Positions 28,905-38,212 of a stretch of DNA of 64,000 bases are shown here, in pieces. Under the pieces are notes generated by a model. The model saw only the letters and a program-made list of their open reading frames with translations. It searched no databases and was not told the DNA's origin. Every line of letters begins with the position of its first letter. Within the stretch, counting starts at the first letter, position 1. Source of the DNA: a virus; IMG/VR virus record IMGVR_UViG_3300046001_004063, positions 11,098-75,097 of that record; one strand, given 5' to 3'. Both the position numbers and the translations under genes were made by a program.

Positions 28905-29882
28905 TTATTCCTTGCTTAAATCAATCTTGCTCAGCACAGGAATAAATGCCGCACGTAGTTCATCCATGTGCCGCTTCAAACCCGCAGGATTTAATTCATC
29001 TTCTGCGTAGAAAATAACATTGGCATCTGTGTATTCTTTATATTCTGCTGAACGAACTGCTTTACTAAATTGCTGTTGGTACCAGGCCACAATGTCTTTG
29101 TTGGTACCTGGTGGTAATTGAATACTCCAGGCCGCATACACATTAATGCCAGGTGCCACTGTGTTCAGCAACGGTACATTGGGAAACTGTGCCATCCGTT
29201 GTGTACCAGTAAATCCAATGGGTTTTACCTTGCCTGCATCCACCAGAGCTTTAGCCACTGCAATGGGCATGATACCAAATTCTGTGCCAGTTTTGCCATC
29301 ATAACTGGCTACACTTTGTACTGCTGGTTGTGGGCCGTTGAATTTCACAGGTTTGACTGTGTCTCGGTTGCCACGGCCTTTGTCCATCAAGTATTCAAAT
29401 GCTGTTCTATGTGCGCCGCCACCAATGGCAATGCTGATTGTTCTGCCTGATTGAATATACTTCACAAACTCTTGTGGTGTATTGACGCCGCTTTTGACAC
29501 TGGCAACCAATACCAGGGGCGATTTACCCATGGTCAATACATCCACAAATGAGTCGTAGTTGTATTTCTTTATGGACTTTTCCCAGATATCATTTGTGAC
29601 ATAACTGCTCATGTGACTGGGCAAGTTGATTGTATGGCCATCGTTTGTGGCTTCCAAAAACTTGTTGTTGGCAATTACACTGTCTGCACCTGGTATGTTT
29701 TGTACTACAAAAACAAATTTGGGATTTTCTTTTTGCACAATCTGTGCCAGTTTTCTAAAGGCCATTTCGTTTCCGGCACCGGGTGTATTACCAATAGATA
29801 CAGTAACGGGTTTAGTGGGTTCCCAAGCAAACGCCAGGGCAGGCGCTAATAACAGCGCGGCAAATAATTTTTTGATTGACAT
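28905..29882 (-). CDS. Bug/TctC tripartite tricarboxylate transporter substrate-binding protein
   Basis: signal peptide; P.KPV, PGAG, N.PGA, DGHT, PNVP motifs; start moved to MSIKKL. Confidence 0.85.
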   Translation of the reverse strand: MSIKKLFAALLLAPALAFAWEPTKPVTVSIGNTPGAGNEMAFRKLAQIVQKENPKFVFVVQNIPGADSVIANNKFLEATNDGHTINLPSHMSSYVTNDIWEKSIKKYNYDSFVDVLTMGKSPLVLVASVKSGVNTPQEFVKYIQSGRTISIAIGGGAHRTAFEYLMDKGRGNRDTVKPVKFNGPQPAVQSVASYDGKTGTEFGIMPIAVAKALVDAGKVKPIGFTGTQRMAQFPNVPLLNTVAPGINVYAAWSIQLPPGTNKDIVAWYQQQFSKAVRSAEYKEYTDANVIFYAEDELNPAGLKRHMDELRAAFIPVLSKIDLSKE

Positions 29883-29974
29883 ATAGTTCCTTAAATAGTA
29901 TGCTTGATTTTTAAACGCCTGGCAAATAATTTGCTGGTTTGTCAAAAATTCTACTTTATTTATTAAATTTTTCT

Positions 29975-30700
29975 ATGAACACTAAAATTTTTAACCTAAT
30001 CTGCAAAAATTTGCAGGACTCCTTTAACTTGCCCAAGTATGCTAATATCACAATCAACGCAGATACTCAGGTACAAAATTTACCCTGGACACCTGCACGT
30101 TATCGCAAGTTCAAGGACGCTGTAGAAGCAGAACTAAGTTTGCCCTGTGATTATGTAGGTACCGTACGGAACATTGTGGATGATCTCTCTGAACGTTATA
30201 TCTTGCGTTTCTTTAGTGAAATTTGGAAGCCACGCACAGGTGACTATGAACACACGGGCTGGGAACTTGCAGAAGAAATTAACAAACTGAACCCGGAACG
30301 TGTGCTCGATGTGGGCTGTGGCTATCATCCTTTTAAAGGACGTATCAACAACTTGGTTGGCATCGATCCCTACAATAACTGCGCAGATTATGAAGTAGAT
30401 ATCCTAGAGTACCGAGTAAAACATCAGTATGATGTTATCATGGCACTAGGGTCAATCAATTTCAACTCACATGATGAAATCGAATCCAGGTTCAGTCATT
30501 GTGTTGGTTTGTTGAAGCAGGGCGGCAAGTTTTTCCTACGTGCCAATCCCGGCATCACACATAAGACAGGACCCTATGTGGAAATTTTTAATTGGACATT
30601 TGAGATAGCAAATGAGTTTGCTGAAAAGTATAATCTTCAACTAGAAACGTTCAAGAAAGATGCTAACGATCGATTGTATTTTGTGTATCAAAAACTTTGA
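29975..30700 (+). CDS. class I SAM methyltransferase with an ACP-like N-terminal extension
   Basis: VLDVGCG, GIDP, LLKQGG. Confidence 0.8.
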   Translation: MNTKIFNLICKNLQDSFNLPKYANITINADTQVQNLPWTPARYRKFKDAVEAELSLPCDYVGTVRNIVDDLSERYILRFFSEIWKPRTGDYEHTGWELAEEINKLNPERVLDVGCGYHPFKGRINNLVGIDPYNNCADYEVDILEYRVKHQYDVIMALGSINFNSHDEIESRFSHCVGLLKQGGKFFLRANPGITHKTGPYVEIFNWTFEIANEFAEKYNLQLETFKKDANDRLYFVYQKL

Positions 30701-31358
30701 TCATTAATTCGCCGGCAGCGGCATGTGCTGATTCCAATGGATGCCCTATATCAGTTATAGCGTGTCCATTTTTTTTGCTCCATTGTTGAAAATTCGTGCC
30801 TTCAAATGTGGTCATATGCGGCCGAATGTAGTCTTGTAGATCGGTAATGGCCGGAGTTGTATGCCACCGCCGATCAAACATCAGTTCATCCATATAGGTC
30901 ATTATGAACGGGCAGTTTTTTTGTTTAAGTGTGTCTATCACTACTCGTATGCTCATAAGAGTTGTGAGTTTGTCTCGTATTTCTGAATGTAAGTTTTTAT
31001 AGTATGTGTTTGCTATATCAGTTGTGTCACTGGGCGCAATTGTCAACCAAGGCTGCCATGAGCTCTGTCTGGGATTAGCAATATTAACGTAATCAAACCG
31101 ATCTATGTATGTCCAACCAATAACAAAGAATGCTTGTTCATTTATGGCCAATTGAGACAATGCTCTTTCGGCTATTTGTAGATTCCCAGAGCCGGGTCTT
31201 GCACAGCACAAATAATTATAGTTTAGATGCTGAGCCAAATGCGCCGGCCATGTTGAGTTACTGTGGTTTGGTCTCTGTCCAATAGATTCGTTCCAAAAAA
31301 CTTCGTCACTTAGTTCACTACCGTAGATAAAACTGCAACCAAAACTTTTTAAATTCAT
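30663..31358 (-). CDS. SGNH-hydrolase-like protein
   Basis: FGCSF...GSGN...HPLE.AH; paralog of 48450-49145. Confidence 0.6.
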   Translation of the reverse strand: MNLKSFGCSFIYGSELSDEVFWNESIGQRPNHSNSTWPAHLAQHLNYNYLCCARPGSGNLQIAERALSQLAINEQAFFVIGWTYIDRFDYVNIANPRQSSWQPWLTIAPSDTTDIANTYYKNLHSEIRDKLTTLMSIRVVIDTLKQKNCPFIMTYMDELMFDRRWHTTPAITDLQDYIRPHMTTFEGTNFQQWSKKNGHAITDIGHPLESAHAAAGELMIKVFDTQNTIDR

Positions 31359-31395
31359 AGGTAATTATATACCTACTTTACAGAGTAGGAAAGAA

Positions 31396-31962
31396 TTAAC
31401 GCAGGCCGGCTGCGGTTTGTAGGGATTTTAGTTCTGCGTCAGTTTCATAGATCTGCTTGTAGGGCAGTCCAGCTGACACACGCACTTCGTTGAGATCCTT
31501 TTCGTAGCGTTCTCTGTAGGCCTTGGGGCTTGTGGGAACAGTACTGTCAAATGTATCTCTGCTGAACGGCACAGAGTCACCTTTGTAGTGCATGGTCCAG
31601 TCATCTGGCTCATACTCTGTTAAGGTGTTTAGATCATTCAACAGGGTTTCTACATGCTGACCTGCTGTGCTACGACGACGTATTTCCACATACACCAGGT
31701 AACGATTGGGCTTGACTTCTCCGGGGCTCTTGTCTGCATCCAGTACAAAGTCATAGCCCTTTTCAAACCAAGCCATCAGATCCTTGGCAGCCTGTGGATC
31801 ACGCACAAAGAAACTCACTACAATGATGTCATCGTCGTCGCCCATTTTACTGCTAAATTCGTCAACATGAATAGTGGGCTTCATCAAGCCTTCCAAATCC
31901 TTGTAACTAAGGCTTTCAGACAGCAGGTTGCTGAGGCTGTTGGGAAAGGTTGTTTTGTGCAT
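31396..31962 (-). CDS. hypothetical phage protein (start uncertain)
   Basis: acidic ORF, DEFSSKMGDDDDIIVVSF. Confidence 0.65.
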   Translation of the reverse strand: MHKTTFPNSLSNLLSESLSYKDLEGLMKPTIHVDEFSSKMGDDDDIIVVSFFVRDPQAAKDLMAWFEKGYDFVLDADKSPGEVKPNRYLVYVEIRRRSTAGQHVETLLNDLNTLTEYEPDDWTMHYKGDSVPFSRDTFDSTVPTSPKAYRERYEKDLNEVRVSAGLPYKQIYETDAELKSLQTAAGLR

Positions 31963-32506
31963 TTTGTGCTTGCTCGTCGTTTTGGTATTCATCTTGATCA
32001 ATGTCTTGTTCATAGGCATCATCCAAGTCTGCTAGGTCAATGTCTTGATCTTCCAGTTCAATGGATCCTGTGCGGATATCACTCATCAGGCTCTTTGGCA
32101 TGGTAATTTGTACCAGCCAAATCTTCTGTTCCATTATCTTTGCTTTGTGTGTGCCAGGGCGATAGTCACTGGGTGACTCAATCTTTACCGGCACCTTCAT
32201 TGTGGTTTTCTTGAACTTTACTGTGCAATCAAACGGCAACAATCTACGTGCGGCACGTGGATCGGGCATGCGTTTTTCGGGCCACATGAATGTGCAAGTT
32301 ACGTTGTATTTGCCAATGTCTGGGCCTGCGACTAGTTCGCCAATATCCCAGTTTTGAAATGCGTACAAGTCTAGTTCGTCAATCACACGCTCGAAATCCA
32401 ACAAGGTCAACAAACTTCCTTCTGACATGTAAATGTCGCGAATGTTTTCTGCTACTTGCCAGTAATCTGAGCCGTCTTTAAATACTTTTTCGTCTGCTAA
32501 ATCCAT
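31916..32506 (-). CDS. hypothetical phage protein
   Basis: 196-aa ORF; TAAATA 5 nt before ATG. Confidence 0.75.
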   Translation of the reverse strand: MDLADEKVFKDGSDYWQVAENIRDIYMSEGSLLTLLDFERVIDELDLYAFQNWDIGELVAGPDIGKYNVTCTFMWPEKRMPDPRAARRLLPFDCTVKFKKTTMKVPVKIESPSDYRPGTHKAKIMEQKIWLVQITMPKSLMSDIRTGSIELEDQDIDLADLDDAYEQDIDQDEYQNDEQAQNAQNNLSQQPQQPAV

Positions 32507-32524
32507 ACAGTTATTTAGTCTTCT

Positions 32525-32532
32525 TATAAATA
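32525..32532 (+). promoter_or_regulatory. T4-type late promoter TATAAATA for the HNH gene
   Basis: exact T4 late consensus. Confidence 0.7.
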
Positions 32533-32593
32533 GAGGTGTAGTTCACGGAATTGGCGTTCCCAACTACTCTAACGCTTATAAGGAGCAATCAGC

Positions 32594-33091
32594 ATGCGTA
32601 TTTACTCGCACAAGATTTATCGACAAATTTACAAAAAACATATTGGCCCTATTCCATCGGAGTCCAATGGTCGCACATACGAAATTCATCATATAGATGG
32701 AAATCATAATAACAATAATCCATCAAATTTAAAAGCGGTCACTGTTAAAGAACACTATGACATACACTATGCACAAGGTGATTATAATGCTTGTGTCCTG
32801 ATGTCGTTTAGGATGAATTTAGAACCAGAAGAGTTATCTGCACTGCGAAGCAAGGCAGCATACACACGGGTAGAAAACGGAACTCATCCGTGGACCGATA
32901 AAGAGAAAATGAAGAAACAAAATCAAAAAAGAACAGCAGAAGGAAAAAATGCGTTCTCAAACCCTGATATTGTAAAACAACAAATAGCAAACGGTACTCA
33001 TGCCACTACAAAAAGAGTTAGTTGTTTAGGTTGCAAGAAAGAAACGTATGTTTCCGCGTTTAATAAGTGGCACACAAAATGTTCGCCATAG
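32594..33091 (+). CDS. HNH homing endonuclease
   Basis: YEIHHIDGNHNNN.PSNL.....EH...H; AAGGAG RBS. Confidence 0.88.
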   Translation: MRIYSHKIYRQIYKKHIGPIPSESNGRTYEIHHIDGNHNNNNPSNLKAVTVKEHYDIHYAQGDYNACVLMSFRMNLEPEELSALRSKAAYTRVENGTHPWTDKEKMKKQNQKRTAEGKNAFSNPDIVKQQIANGTHATTKRVSCLGCKKETYVSAFNKWHTKCSP

Positions 33092-33210
33092 AGAAATACT
33101 TATGCCGTACGAATCCGTTATCAGCACCCATAGAATTCACAAAGTTATAGCCTAAATACTCAGGACAGCAGGTTGCTGTCAGACAAAAAACCTCAACTTT
33201 GGAGATTACA

Positions 33211-33942
33211 TTGAGCAGACAAAGAGCCGCAAAAGCACAAAAACGTATGGCACAAGTAGAAAACACAATTGATTTTTCCCAGGCACACCAGTATCATCGC
33301 CCAAAAGCGATTGCACTTGTGCCACGGACTCGCAATCAAGAACGACTTGTACTGGCGTTGTTGGATGATGACCAACACATTGTAGTAACAGCAGGACCGG
33401 CAGGCACTGGCAAAACCTATCTGGCCATGCAAGCCGCAGTAAAAGCCCTTAAAGAAGGCTCCTGCGAACGTATAGTATTGACACGCCCGGCGGTGGGCGT
33501 AGAGGATGAATCACATGGATTCCTACCCGGGGACCTTAACCAGAAAATGGAACCTTGGACAAGACCCTTGATAGATGTGCTACGTGAGACCTATCGTCCA
33601 CAGGACATAGCCGCTATGATTGAAAATCAATTGATAGAAATATCACCCTTGGCATTCATGCGTGGGCGCACGTTCAAGCACAGTTGGATCATTGCTGATG
33701 AAATGCAAAATGCCACACCCAATCAGATGAAAATGCTGATGACACGCATCGGTGTAGGCAGTAAGATTGTGGTCACTGGCGATGTAGAACAGACTGACCG
33801 ACCGGGCAGTAACAACGGCTTGCTGGACCTGTGTGTCAAGTTAGATCGAACGGATGTGGAAGGAATTGCAATGTGTCCAATGGAAGCACGTGATGTTCAA
33901 CGTCATGCTATCATTGGCTCAGTGCTAAAACTTTACTCTTGA
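33211..33942 (+). CDS. phoH: PhoH-family ATPase
   Basis: GPAGTGKT, TRPAV, GFLPG, MRGRT, DEMQN, TGD..Q.D; TTG start after GGAG. Confidence 0.95.
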   Translation: MSRQRAAKAQKRMAQVENTIDFSQAHQYHRPKAIALVPRTRNQERLVLALLDDDQHIVVTAGPAGTGKTYLAMQAAVKALKEGSCERIVLTRPAVGVEDESHGFLPGDLNQKMEPWTRPLIDVLRETYRPQDIAAMIENQLIEISPLAFMRGRTFKHSWIIADEMQNATPNQMKMLMTRIGVGSKIVVTGDVEQTDRPGSNNGLLDLCVKLDRTDVEGIAMCPMEARDVQRHAIIGSVLKLYS

Positions 33943-34541
33943 TCAGTTATTAACTGGTAAATCTCTTTCCAGTTTTTGACAATTGTGATGCCTTCGTGGT
34001 AGTGGTGCATGTTATGACCGTGCTCTACCAGAAGGCTCCGCAATCCTGCGCGGTATCCTGCAATGGCATTTTCTGGTTTGTCTTCTAACCAGTAGCATCC
34101 AGTACCTTCGTATTCTTCCAGTGCTTCTTCCTTGTCGGCTCCGGTGTCCAAGCACACTATGCGTTCAAATGCTGATGTTCCAAACAGTTTGTTTAGATTC
34201 ATTTCACGGAGTTTTTGTGCGTTGGGATCTAGACTCAAACTGGTAATACAATGAAATCTAAATCCATGCTCTTCGTGCAGTCGCTTGACGTAATACATGG
34301 CATCACGCAGTGCAGGCAAGAATCCAATTGCGGCTGATTCGTTAAAGATGCGTATTAGTTTTTTAACTTGTTCTTTTGGTATGCCATATCTCATTGACAT
34401 ATCATAGTTGAGCTTGCTACCAGGAACTTCTTCAAAGCCGTGTTCCTGCATCCAAACATTAAACGCCCATTCCCAATCTAATAAGACACCATCAGCATCA
34501 GTTAGGATTAGTTTTTTTAGGTTTTTGTATTTTGATTTCAT
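33933..34541 (-). CDS. HAD-family 5'(3')-nucleotidase-like protein
   Basis: DADGVL, WLEDKPEN. Confidence 0.8.
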   Translation of the reverse strand: MKSKYKNLKKLILTDADGVLLDWEWAFNVWMQEHGFEEVPGSKLNYDMSMRYGIPKEQVKKLIRIFNESAAIGFLPALRDAMYYVKRLHEEHGFRFHCITSLSLDPNAQKLREMNLNKLFGTSAFERIVCLDTGADKEEALEEYEGTGCYWLEDKPENAIAGYRAGLRSLLVEHGHNMHHYHEGITIVKNWKEIYQLITDQE

Positions 34542-34546
34542 AGTGT

Positions 34547-34575
34547 ATTATACTACAAAATCCGATTGCTGTCAA
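34547..34575 (-). promoter_or_regulatory. consensus sigma70 promoter
   Basis: TTGACA-17-TATAAT; ATG 5 nt downstream. Confidence 0.85.
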
Positions 34576-34865
34576 CTGGCTGCGGGCACAGGAGCATCCG
34601 CTTTGACATCAATTGGATGTCCATTTTCGTTAAACAGTCGTTCGATGATGTTGGCATAGTGCTGGTAATAATAACTCACAACAGTGTCCCACACTCTAGG
34701 AACTTGTACACCGTTCATGCTACATTTTTCGACTTTTAATTTTTTAAAATCTAAAATTACACTGGCAGTTTGAATATCGCTGGTTTTTAATCTTGTGGCC
34801 ACAGTCATAACTTCGTCAGTTTGACCATTTGCTTTTTTGTAATAGGTAAGGATTAGATATCTCAT
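34572..34865 (-). CDS. hypothetical protein
   Basis: 97-aa ORF; TAAATA 4 nt before ATG. Confidence 0.7.
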   Translation of the reverse strand: MRYLILTYYKKANGQTDEVMTVATRLKTSDIQTASVILDFKKLKVEKCSMNGVQVPRVWDTVVSYYYQHYANIIERLFNENGHPIDVKADAPVPAAS

Positions 34866-34872
34866 GGTGTAT

Positions 34873-35406
34873 TTAAATGATTATTGGAGTCTTGTCAAAA
34901 ATTAAAAAACAATCGCCGTTTAGCGAATTTGTTATAAATGGGCGCAACATTTGATATGTCAACTGCATCTGGTAATTATTTGCCATGTGCAAAGTCAGTT
35001 GGGCAAATGCCTGTTCTGGACTCAATGCTGTTCTATTCCAGTTAATAAAGATAGAATTAATACCAAGAATTAAACGTCCACCGGGTAATAGATTATCACA
35101 CAAATGGCCTAACTGGTGTGCGTACTCAGCTATAGAGTTATACCGCAGTTCAAATACATTCAAAGCTAGAATGTTATTAAACGAATTTACCGCGTCGGGA
35201 CGTTGATCCAGCAAGTTTTCGTGTATTGTTAAATTAGGAATCCAGTTTTGAAATCTAGCACCAAAAGAATTCCATGCAAGTGTGGTTCCGGGTATAATAA
35301 ATTTAGTAACAATTCGATCTCGTGGCAATAGTTGATCACTATGTCGATAGTGATACCACACTGCATCCCAGTGATTGATCATTGACCGAAGTTTAGTTTT
35401 GTTCAT
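34873..35406 (-). CDS. hypothetical protein, remote methyltransferase-like
   Basis: LLPGGRLIL motif; likely start MNKTKLR. Confidence 0.5.
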   Translation of the reverse strand: MNKTKLRSMINHWDAVWYHYRHSDQLLPRDRIVTKFIIPGTTLAWNSFGARFQNWIPNLTIHENLLDQRPDAVNSFNNILALNVFELRYNSIAEYAHQLGHLCDNLLPGGRLILGINSIFINWNRTALSPEQAFAQLTLHMANNYQMQLTYQMLRPFITNSLNGDCFLIFDKTPIII

Positions 35407-35905
35407 GTTTGGCCAACCAAAATCTGTTGTTGCCATGCACCCAGTTACCAATGCCGCCGCGTTCGTCAGGAATATAACAATACTTGTTAATTTTAAAGTT
35501 AGGTAGTTTGCGTTGAACGTACAGTGGCAATGCTGAATCGAAATCATGATTGATCAACGTCGAGTCAGGAGTATCCACACGAATACACCACTTGTTCAGC
35601 GCCATGTAAATTTGTCCATTGGGTAACAATTGATCAACCAAATTGTCTATCTTGTGACACAGATCTCCAAGCTCTACAATCTGTGTGTTGTTAAAATACA
35701 TTATTAAATCCCAGGGTGCAGATCCTTTGGAGAATTGATCCCATAAACGTTGTTGTTGTCCCACCGTATCCCACTCAGCATACTCACTGATATTTAACAC
35801 ACTAGATAATTGTTGTTTGCCAAACCAGTTGTTAAACTCGTTCTCTTGTTGGGATTGCATGCGACAAGATTTTTTTAGTTGAGTACGTGTATGCAGTCTG
35901 TTCAT
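35393..35905 (-). CDS. hypothetical protein, remote methyltransferase-like
   Basis: WDLIM...LLPNGQIYM. Confidence 0.5.
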   Translation of the reverse strand: MNRLHTRTQLKKSCRMQSQQENEFNNWFGKQQLSSVLNISEYAEWDTVGQQQRLWDQFSKGSAPWDLIMYFNNTQIVELGDLCHKIDNLVDQLLPNGQIYMALNKWCIRVDTPDSTLINHDFDSALPLYVQRKLPNFKINKYCYIPDERGGIGNWVHGNNRFWLAKHEQN

Positions 35906-36771
35906 TGTTGATAAAATTTTACTAACGCACGACCAATTAAATCATCCTGATCAGGCACAGTGTCTTTATTAAACTGGTAATACGTTAAGTTTGATTGAGT
36001 TTTATAGAAACTGCTATACAACTCTTGTAATCCTTGCAAATTGGCCACAGTGCTGTTTAAAAAACTTGCCACATTACGCATAGTTAATTCAAATGTGGTC
36101 CACTTTGTCAAACACTCAATATTGAAATTAAATATGCGATTATCTACTGCTGGTTTATTAAAGGTTTTACCATATAAATTGAAATCTTGTTGAAACAACT
36201 GCACCAGGGCATCTTCCACTAGTTGATCTAAGTCTCCACCACGATCTCTGAACTGATCTATTGTGGCGTTATCAAACAAACTGTTTTTATAAATGCTACC
36301 CTGTTTGTGAGACAATGCTTTATGTATTAAATTGGCATATCCCACTAATCTATCTACAAAGTTAGGCATGTATGATCGAATCATTGTGCCATTGGGCCAC
36401 ATAGACAACAGATATCGATGGTTATCAATTACTGACGTATCACAAAGCACCAGGAATTTTTTTCCGTCTTGTATTTGTTGCCATGCTGATTGGTCAGTGA
36501 CTGTTGGAGTATAATTGTAGTCTGAATAACTTTTTAAATGTTTACCAAGTTGTCCTGCTAGGTAATATGTCGAAACATACTTGGCTGTAGAATGAGAATC
36601 ACCAGTGCGACTAAACGTAAAGTTGTCATTGCTGATTTTAACCGTGTTGTCAATATGATTGCTGATTGCGTGGAACATAAAGTTACCATACGCACCACCG
36701 CGATAATGAATTAATACCGCATTAGTGGAATTAAAATCAGCAATCATATTACCCAATTTGTCCGAGTTCAA
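35902..36771 (-). CDS. hypothetical protein, possible sulfotransferase-like fold
   Basis: IHYRGGAYGNF N-terminal loop. Confidence 0.5.
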   Translation of the reverse strand: MNSDKLGNMIADFNSTNAVLIHYRGGAYGNFMFHAISNHIDNTVKISNDNFTFSRTGDSHSTAKYVSTYYLAGQLGKHLKSYSDYNYTPTVTDQSAWQQIQDGKKFLVLCDTSVIDNHRYLLSMWPNGTMIRSYMPNFVDRLVGYANLIHKALSHKQGSIYKNSLFDNATIDQFRDRGGDLDQLVEDALVQLFQQDFNLYGKTFNKPAVDNRIFNFNIECLTKWTTFELTMRNVASFLNSTVANLQGLQELYSSFYKTQSNLTYYQFNKDTVPDQDDLIGRALVKFYQQ

Positions 36772-37672
36772 TCAATGTTGCACTGAGATTAATTTCTTGA
36801 TCTGCTACCAAGGGAATGTTGGCAATACCATTGCGAATAATGATAATTGCTTGGTCTTGCTTTTCAACATCTCGACTCCACAGATCAAGATTATCATACA
36901 TCCAGCGGAATGTAACGTCTGCTTCTTCTGGAGTGCTTTGTTGACACAGCAATGTACGTGCTTCACGAATCTTGCCTGCTTTGAACAAGCCCACACAGTC
37001 CAGTTTCCAGTCGCCTACCGAACGATCAGTCACACTTGGCGCCAACAGCGTGCCAGTTTGACTGTTTTGTTGTGTTAGATTCAAACACTTACGCAGGTCT
37101 GGATAAGTGGCTTTGACATAACTGTCCAAGGTGTCGATGTCGAACTCCACGCCTTCTGTGACCAGCACAGTGGCCGCACGGGCAGTGAACTCTGTGTGAT
37201 CTGTTTTGGGAATGGCAATATGCTGACAACGACTGTGGATTGGTGGCAGGATCTTGTTGGGATAGTTACAGGTCAAAATAAACCGCACACTGTGACTGTA
37301 GTCTTCCATCAAGTTACGCATGGCCGGTTGTACACTGCTGGGATTCATGTAGTCTGCTTCATCAATCAGCACAACCTTGAATCGTCCAAATGGCATGGTC
37401 TGACAGAAAGAGATCAGTTTGTCAACCCATTCAATCTTACGTGCTTCTTTACTGCCGTTAGCATACAGCACATCGTATTCGTCAACACCCAGTTCATTGA
37501 TCAACACTTTGGCCAAGGTTGTTTTACCTGTGCCCGGCCCGCCACTGAACAACAGGTGCGGAATGGTTCCATCTTTGATCCAAGCTGCCACTTGTTGTCT
37601 ATGATTATCATCAATAAACACATAGTCGCTGACTGCGGTTGGTCTATATTTTTCTGTCCAGAGTTGTTTCAT
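36749..37672 (-). CDS. clamp loader ATPase subunit (gp44/RFC-like)
   Basis: WTEKYRP, GGPGTGKT, DEAD, SRC. Confidence 0.93.
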   Translation of the reverse strand: MKQLWTEKYRPTAVSDYVFIDDNHRQQVAAWIKDGTIPHLLFSGGPGTGKTTLAKVLINELGVDEYDVLYANGSKEARKIEWVDKLISFCQTMPFGRFKVVLIDEADYMNPSSVQPAMRNLMEDYSHSVRFILTCNYPNKILPPIHSRCQHIAIPKTDHTEFTARAATVLVTEGVEFDIDTLDSYVKATYPDLRKCLNLTQQNSQTGTLLAPSVTDRSVGDWKLDCVGLFKAGKIREARTLLCQQSTPEEADVTFRWMYDNLDLWSRDVEKQDQAIIIIRNGIANIPLVADQEINLSATLIELGQIG

Positions 37673-37703
37673 GTTATTGCAATTTGTTGTTTCATTGTTG
37701 ACA

Positions 37704-37732
37704 ATTATAACACCAAGAGCGGCATGTGTCTA
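37704..37732 (-). promoter_or_regulatory. sigma70-type promoter
   Basis: TAGACA-17-TATAAT. Confidence 0.7.
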
Positions 37733-38212
37733 CTAGTTTGGAGCAGTTAATGTTTTAAATGTTTCCGCGGCTGCTACACGTTTGCGGAGACTACTTGATG
37801 AAAAGGAATGGTCTCGTCCATTGAACACCAATTCAATACCACGCTGATTACCTTCCCATTGTCCGGTAAAATCTTTTTCTTGATATTCTACTCCCAAAAT
37901 GCGTACATCCAAGGGAAGAATTAACAACAGGTCAATTAGGTCCTGTTCAGTTTGATACACAACAACTTCGTCAACATAACGGCAGGCAGCCAATTGAATT
38001 TGACGTTCTACAATGCTTTGAACAGGCTTGTTTTTGGTGTCAGGTCGATCAATCGTGGGATCGGTTTGTAATCCGCAAATTAGATAATCACAATGATTCT
38101 TTGCTTCACTCAGCATGGCAATATGTCCTGCGTGAAGCATGTCAAATGTGCTGAAGGTAATGCCAATTTTCTTGCCGTCAGCCTTGAGTTTTTTAATATG
38201 ATTAAAAATCAT
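37733..38212 (-). CDS. TagD-like cytidylyltransferase
   Basis: FDMLHAGH, YVDEV, SSSSLR. Confidence 0.88.
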   Translation of the reverse strand: MIFNHIKKLKADGKKIGITFSTFDMLHAGHIAMLSEAKNHCDYLICGLQTDPTIDRPDTKNKPVQSIVERQIQLAACRYVDEVVVYQTEQDLIDLLLILPLDVRILGVEYQEKDFTGQWEGNQRGIELVFNGRDHSFSSSSLRKRVAAAETFKTLTAPN

